From the NCBI GenBank assembly GCA_041494445.1, contig JBGQAU010000005.1, positions 4,030 through 68,029 of the forward strand: a DNA stretch of 64,000 bases. Reading direction: 5' to 3'. This DNA comes from Acidobacteriota bacterium (GTDB lineage Bacteria; Acidobacteriota; Polarisedimenticolia; Polarisedimenticolales; JAIQFR01). The notes below the pieces were generated by a model. The model was not told the origin of the DNA. It was given only the letters and a program-made list of their open reading frames with translations, and made no database searches. Numbering within the stretch: position 1 is the stretch's first letter; each line of letters begins with the position of its first letter. Both the position numbers and the translations under genes were made by a program. Positions 62,322 through 64,000 of this stretch are shown here, piece by piece.

Positions 62322-63136
62322 CCCGCCGCGAGCCGCATGAGCGCTTGGACCTTCTCCTCGTCGGACGCGGGCTGGCCCCGACCCGGACCCGGGCCCAGGC
62401 CCTGATTCTCGCCGGGCGGGTGAGTTCCCTCGGGACACGGTTCGACAAACCGGGCCAGAAGATCCCCCGGGACACCCCCCTCGACCTGGCGGACGGGCCG
62501 CGCTTCGTCAGCCGGGGCGGGCAGAAGCTCGACGCCGCGCTACGGTCCTTCGGCGTCCGGCCCGCCGGCCTCGAGGCGCTCGACGTGGGCGCGTCCACCG
62601 GCGGCTTCACGCAAGTGCTGCTCGAGGCGGGCGCGATGCGCGTGACCGCGCTGGACGTGGGCCGTGGGCAGCTCGACTGGAGCCTCCGCAACGACCCTCG
62701 GGTCCGCGTCCTCGAAGGGGTCAACGCCCGTTACCTCACGCCCGCGGCACTCCCGTTTCTTCCCGCGCTGGCCGTGATCGATGTATCCTTCATCTCCCTC
62801 GAGCGAGTGCTCCCCCCTGTGGCGGCTTGCCTCGCTCCCGGCGGGGAGATCGTGGCGCTCGTCAAGCCGCAGTTCGAGGTGGGGCGGGGCAAGGTCGGCC
62901 GAGGGGGGATAGTCCGCGAGCCGGAGCGACGCGCCGAGGTGCTGCACCGGTTGGCGGCGTTCGCGCGCGAGCGGGCGTGGGGCGTCCTGGGCGTCGTCCC
63001 CTCCCCGATCCGCGGCGCGGAGGGAAACGTGGAGTTCTTCCTGCATCTCGCCCCGCTACGTCCCGGCCTCGACGACGCGCCGCTCCGCGCCATGGTCGAG
63101 GAGGCGGTGCGGCGCGGTGCGGAGATCGCGGGATGA
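62318..63136 (+). CDS. tlyA: TlyA-family rRNA 2'-O-methyltransferase (S4 domain + FtsJ-like)
   Basis: RLDLLLVGRGLAPTRTRAQALILAGRV (S4), VSRGGQKLDAAL, LDVGASTGGFTQVLL, DVSFISL. Confidence 0.88.
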   Translation: MTRREPHERLDLLLVGRGLAPTRTRAQALILAGRVSSLGTRFDKPGQKIPRDTPLDLADGPRFVSRGGQKLDAALRSFGVRPAGLEALDVGASTGGFTQVLLEAGAMRVTALDVGRGQLDWSLRNDPRVRVLEGVNARYLTPAALPFLPALAVIDVSFISLERVLPPVAACLAPGGEIVALVKPQFEVGRGKVGRGGIVREPERRAEVLHRLAAFARERAWGVLGVVPSPIRGAEGNVEFFLHLAPLRPGLDDAPLRAMVEEAVRRGAEIAG

Positions 63137-64000
63137 CCCCCCCGTCACGCGCCGGGCGTCCGATCCGGCAGGTCCTCGTCGTCGCCAAGATCGGCCCCGA
63201 GGAAGGCGTCCGCATCGCCGGCGAGCTTCGTGAGTGGCTCCGGCGCCGCGGGATCCGGGTGCGGTTCGACACCGAGACCGCCCGAGCCCTCGGGCGGAAG
63301 GACGGAGTCTCCCGAAAGGCGTTACCCGCCGGGACCGACCTCGCGATCGTGGCCGGAGGGGACGGGACCCTCCTCTCCGTCGCGCGCGCGGCGGCGCCTC
63401 GCGGGATCCCGATCCTCGGGGTGAATTTCGGCGGCCTCGGCTTTCTCACCGAACTCCAGCCCGACGAGCTTTACCCCGGCATCGAGAAGATCCTCCGGGG
63501 AGAGTCGTCGATCGAGGAGCGCCACGCGCTCCGTGTCCGCTTCCGCCGCGGCGGGAGGGTCCTGCGGGAGCACCTCATGCTCAACGACGCGGTGATCACG
63601 AAAGGAGCGTTGGCGCGGATGATCACCCTCGAGGTGCGGGTGGACGGGGAAGAGGTCGCGACCCTGACGAGCGACGGCCTGATCGTCTCCACGGCGACGG
63701 GCTCGACGGCCTACAACCTTTCGGCGGGAGGCCCGATCCTCGACCCGCGGATGGCCGCGTTCGTGATCGCGCCCATCTGCCCTCACACGCTAGCCCAGCG
63801 GCCCCTGGTGGTTCCCGGTTCCGTGAAGATCGACGTTCGCCTCCTCGGAGCGCAGGAGGCCGTCTACCTCACGCTCGACGGTCAGGTCGGCGTCCCGATG
63901 CGGCCGCACGACGCCGTCTCGATCGACCGCCACCCGGCGACGGTGCTTCTCGTGCGCGTCGCTCGGCGCGGCTTTTTCGAGGTCCTCCGCCGGAAGCTCC
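63133..64000 (+). CDS. nadK: NAD kinase (3' end runs off the window)
   Basis: Own translation from ATG 63133 (ATGA overlap with tlyA): ...DLAIVAGGDGTLLSVAR..., GVNFGGLGFLTE, NDAVI, SDGLIVSTATGSTAYNLSAGGPI. No stop before 64000, hence absent from the ORF track. Confidence 0.88.
   Translation, partial: MTPPSRAGRPIRQVLVVAKIGPEEGVRIAGELREWLRRRGIRVRFDTETARALGRKDGVSRKALPAGTDLAIVAGGDGTLLSVARAAAPRGIPILGVNFGGLGFLTELQPDELYPGIEKILRGESSIEERHALRVRFRRGGRVLREHLMLNDAVITKGALARMITLEVRVDGEEVATLTSDGLIVSTATGSTAYNLSAGGPILDPRMAAFVIAPICPHTLAQRPLVVPGSVKIDVRLLGAQEAVYLTLDGQVGVPMRPHDAVSIDRHPATVLLVRVARRGFFEVLRRKL

Overview
High-GC (about 68-70% by eye) bacterial chromosomal segment, almost fully coding. Most of it is housekeeping: aaRS genes (aspS, hisS, thrS, pheS, pheT), ribosomal proteins (L9, S18, S6, L25/Ctc, L35, L20), pth, prs, ispE, spoVG, dnaB, carA, rny, zapA, ymdB, tlyA, nadK, hemH, NfnAB-like oxidoreductase, an acyl-CoA carboxylase set, the phoH-ybeY-corC block, envelope genes (heptosyltransferase, LolB-like lipoprotein, Ctp protease, EnvC-like M23 peptidase), tRNA-Gln(UUG), tRNA-Val(GAC) and a 6S RNA candidate downstream of zapA. 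Gram-negative envelope genes together with RNase Y/SpoVG/YmdB suggest an Acidobacteriota-like lineage; this is inference only. The stand-out feature is an ~8.6-kb integrase-bounded island (about 13.4-22.0 kb) inserted between the BCCP-like gene and the biotin carboxylase/carboxyltransferase genes. It carries a tyrosine integrase, XRE-HTH, RHH, a Xis-like HTH protein, a DnaB-N/RecA-type helicase next to an iteron/AT-rich origin, two paralogous Zn-ribbon proteins, several orphan ORFs and one counter-oriented low-GC secreted Cys-rich cargo gene. It has no virion or conjugation genes. A bipartite motif, TGGAC-N6-ACGGACAC, occurs six times in the island, at both termini and in internal regulatory gaps. 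I read the island as a candidate undescribed satellite or integrative-replicative element. All calls rest on reading translations and motifs by eye, with no database search. Many long track ORFs are GC-driven antisense artefacts and were discarded. Start codons are often GTG or TTG and were chosen by frame, RBS and neighbour overlap.
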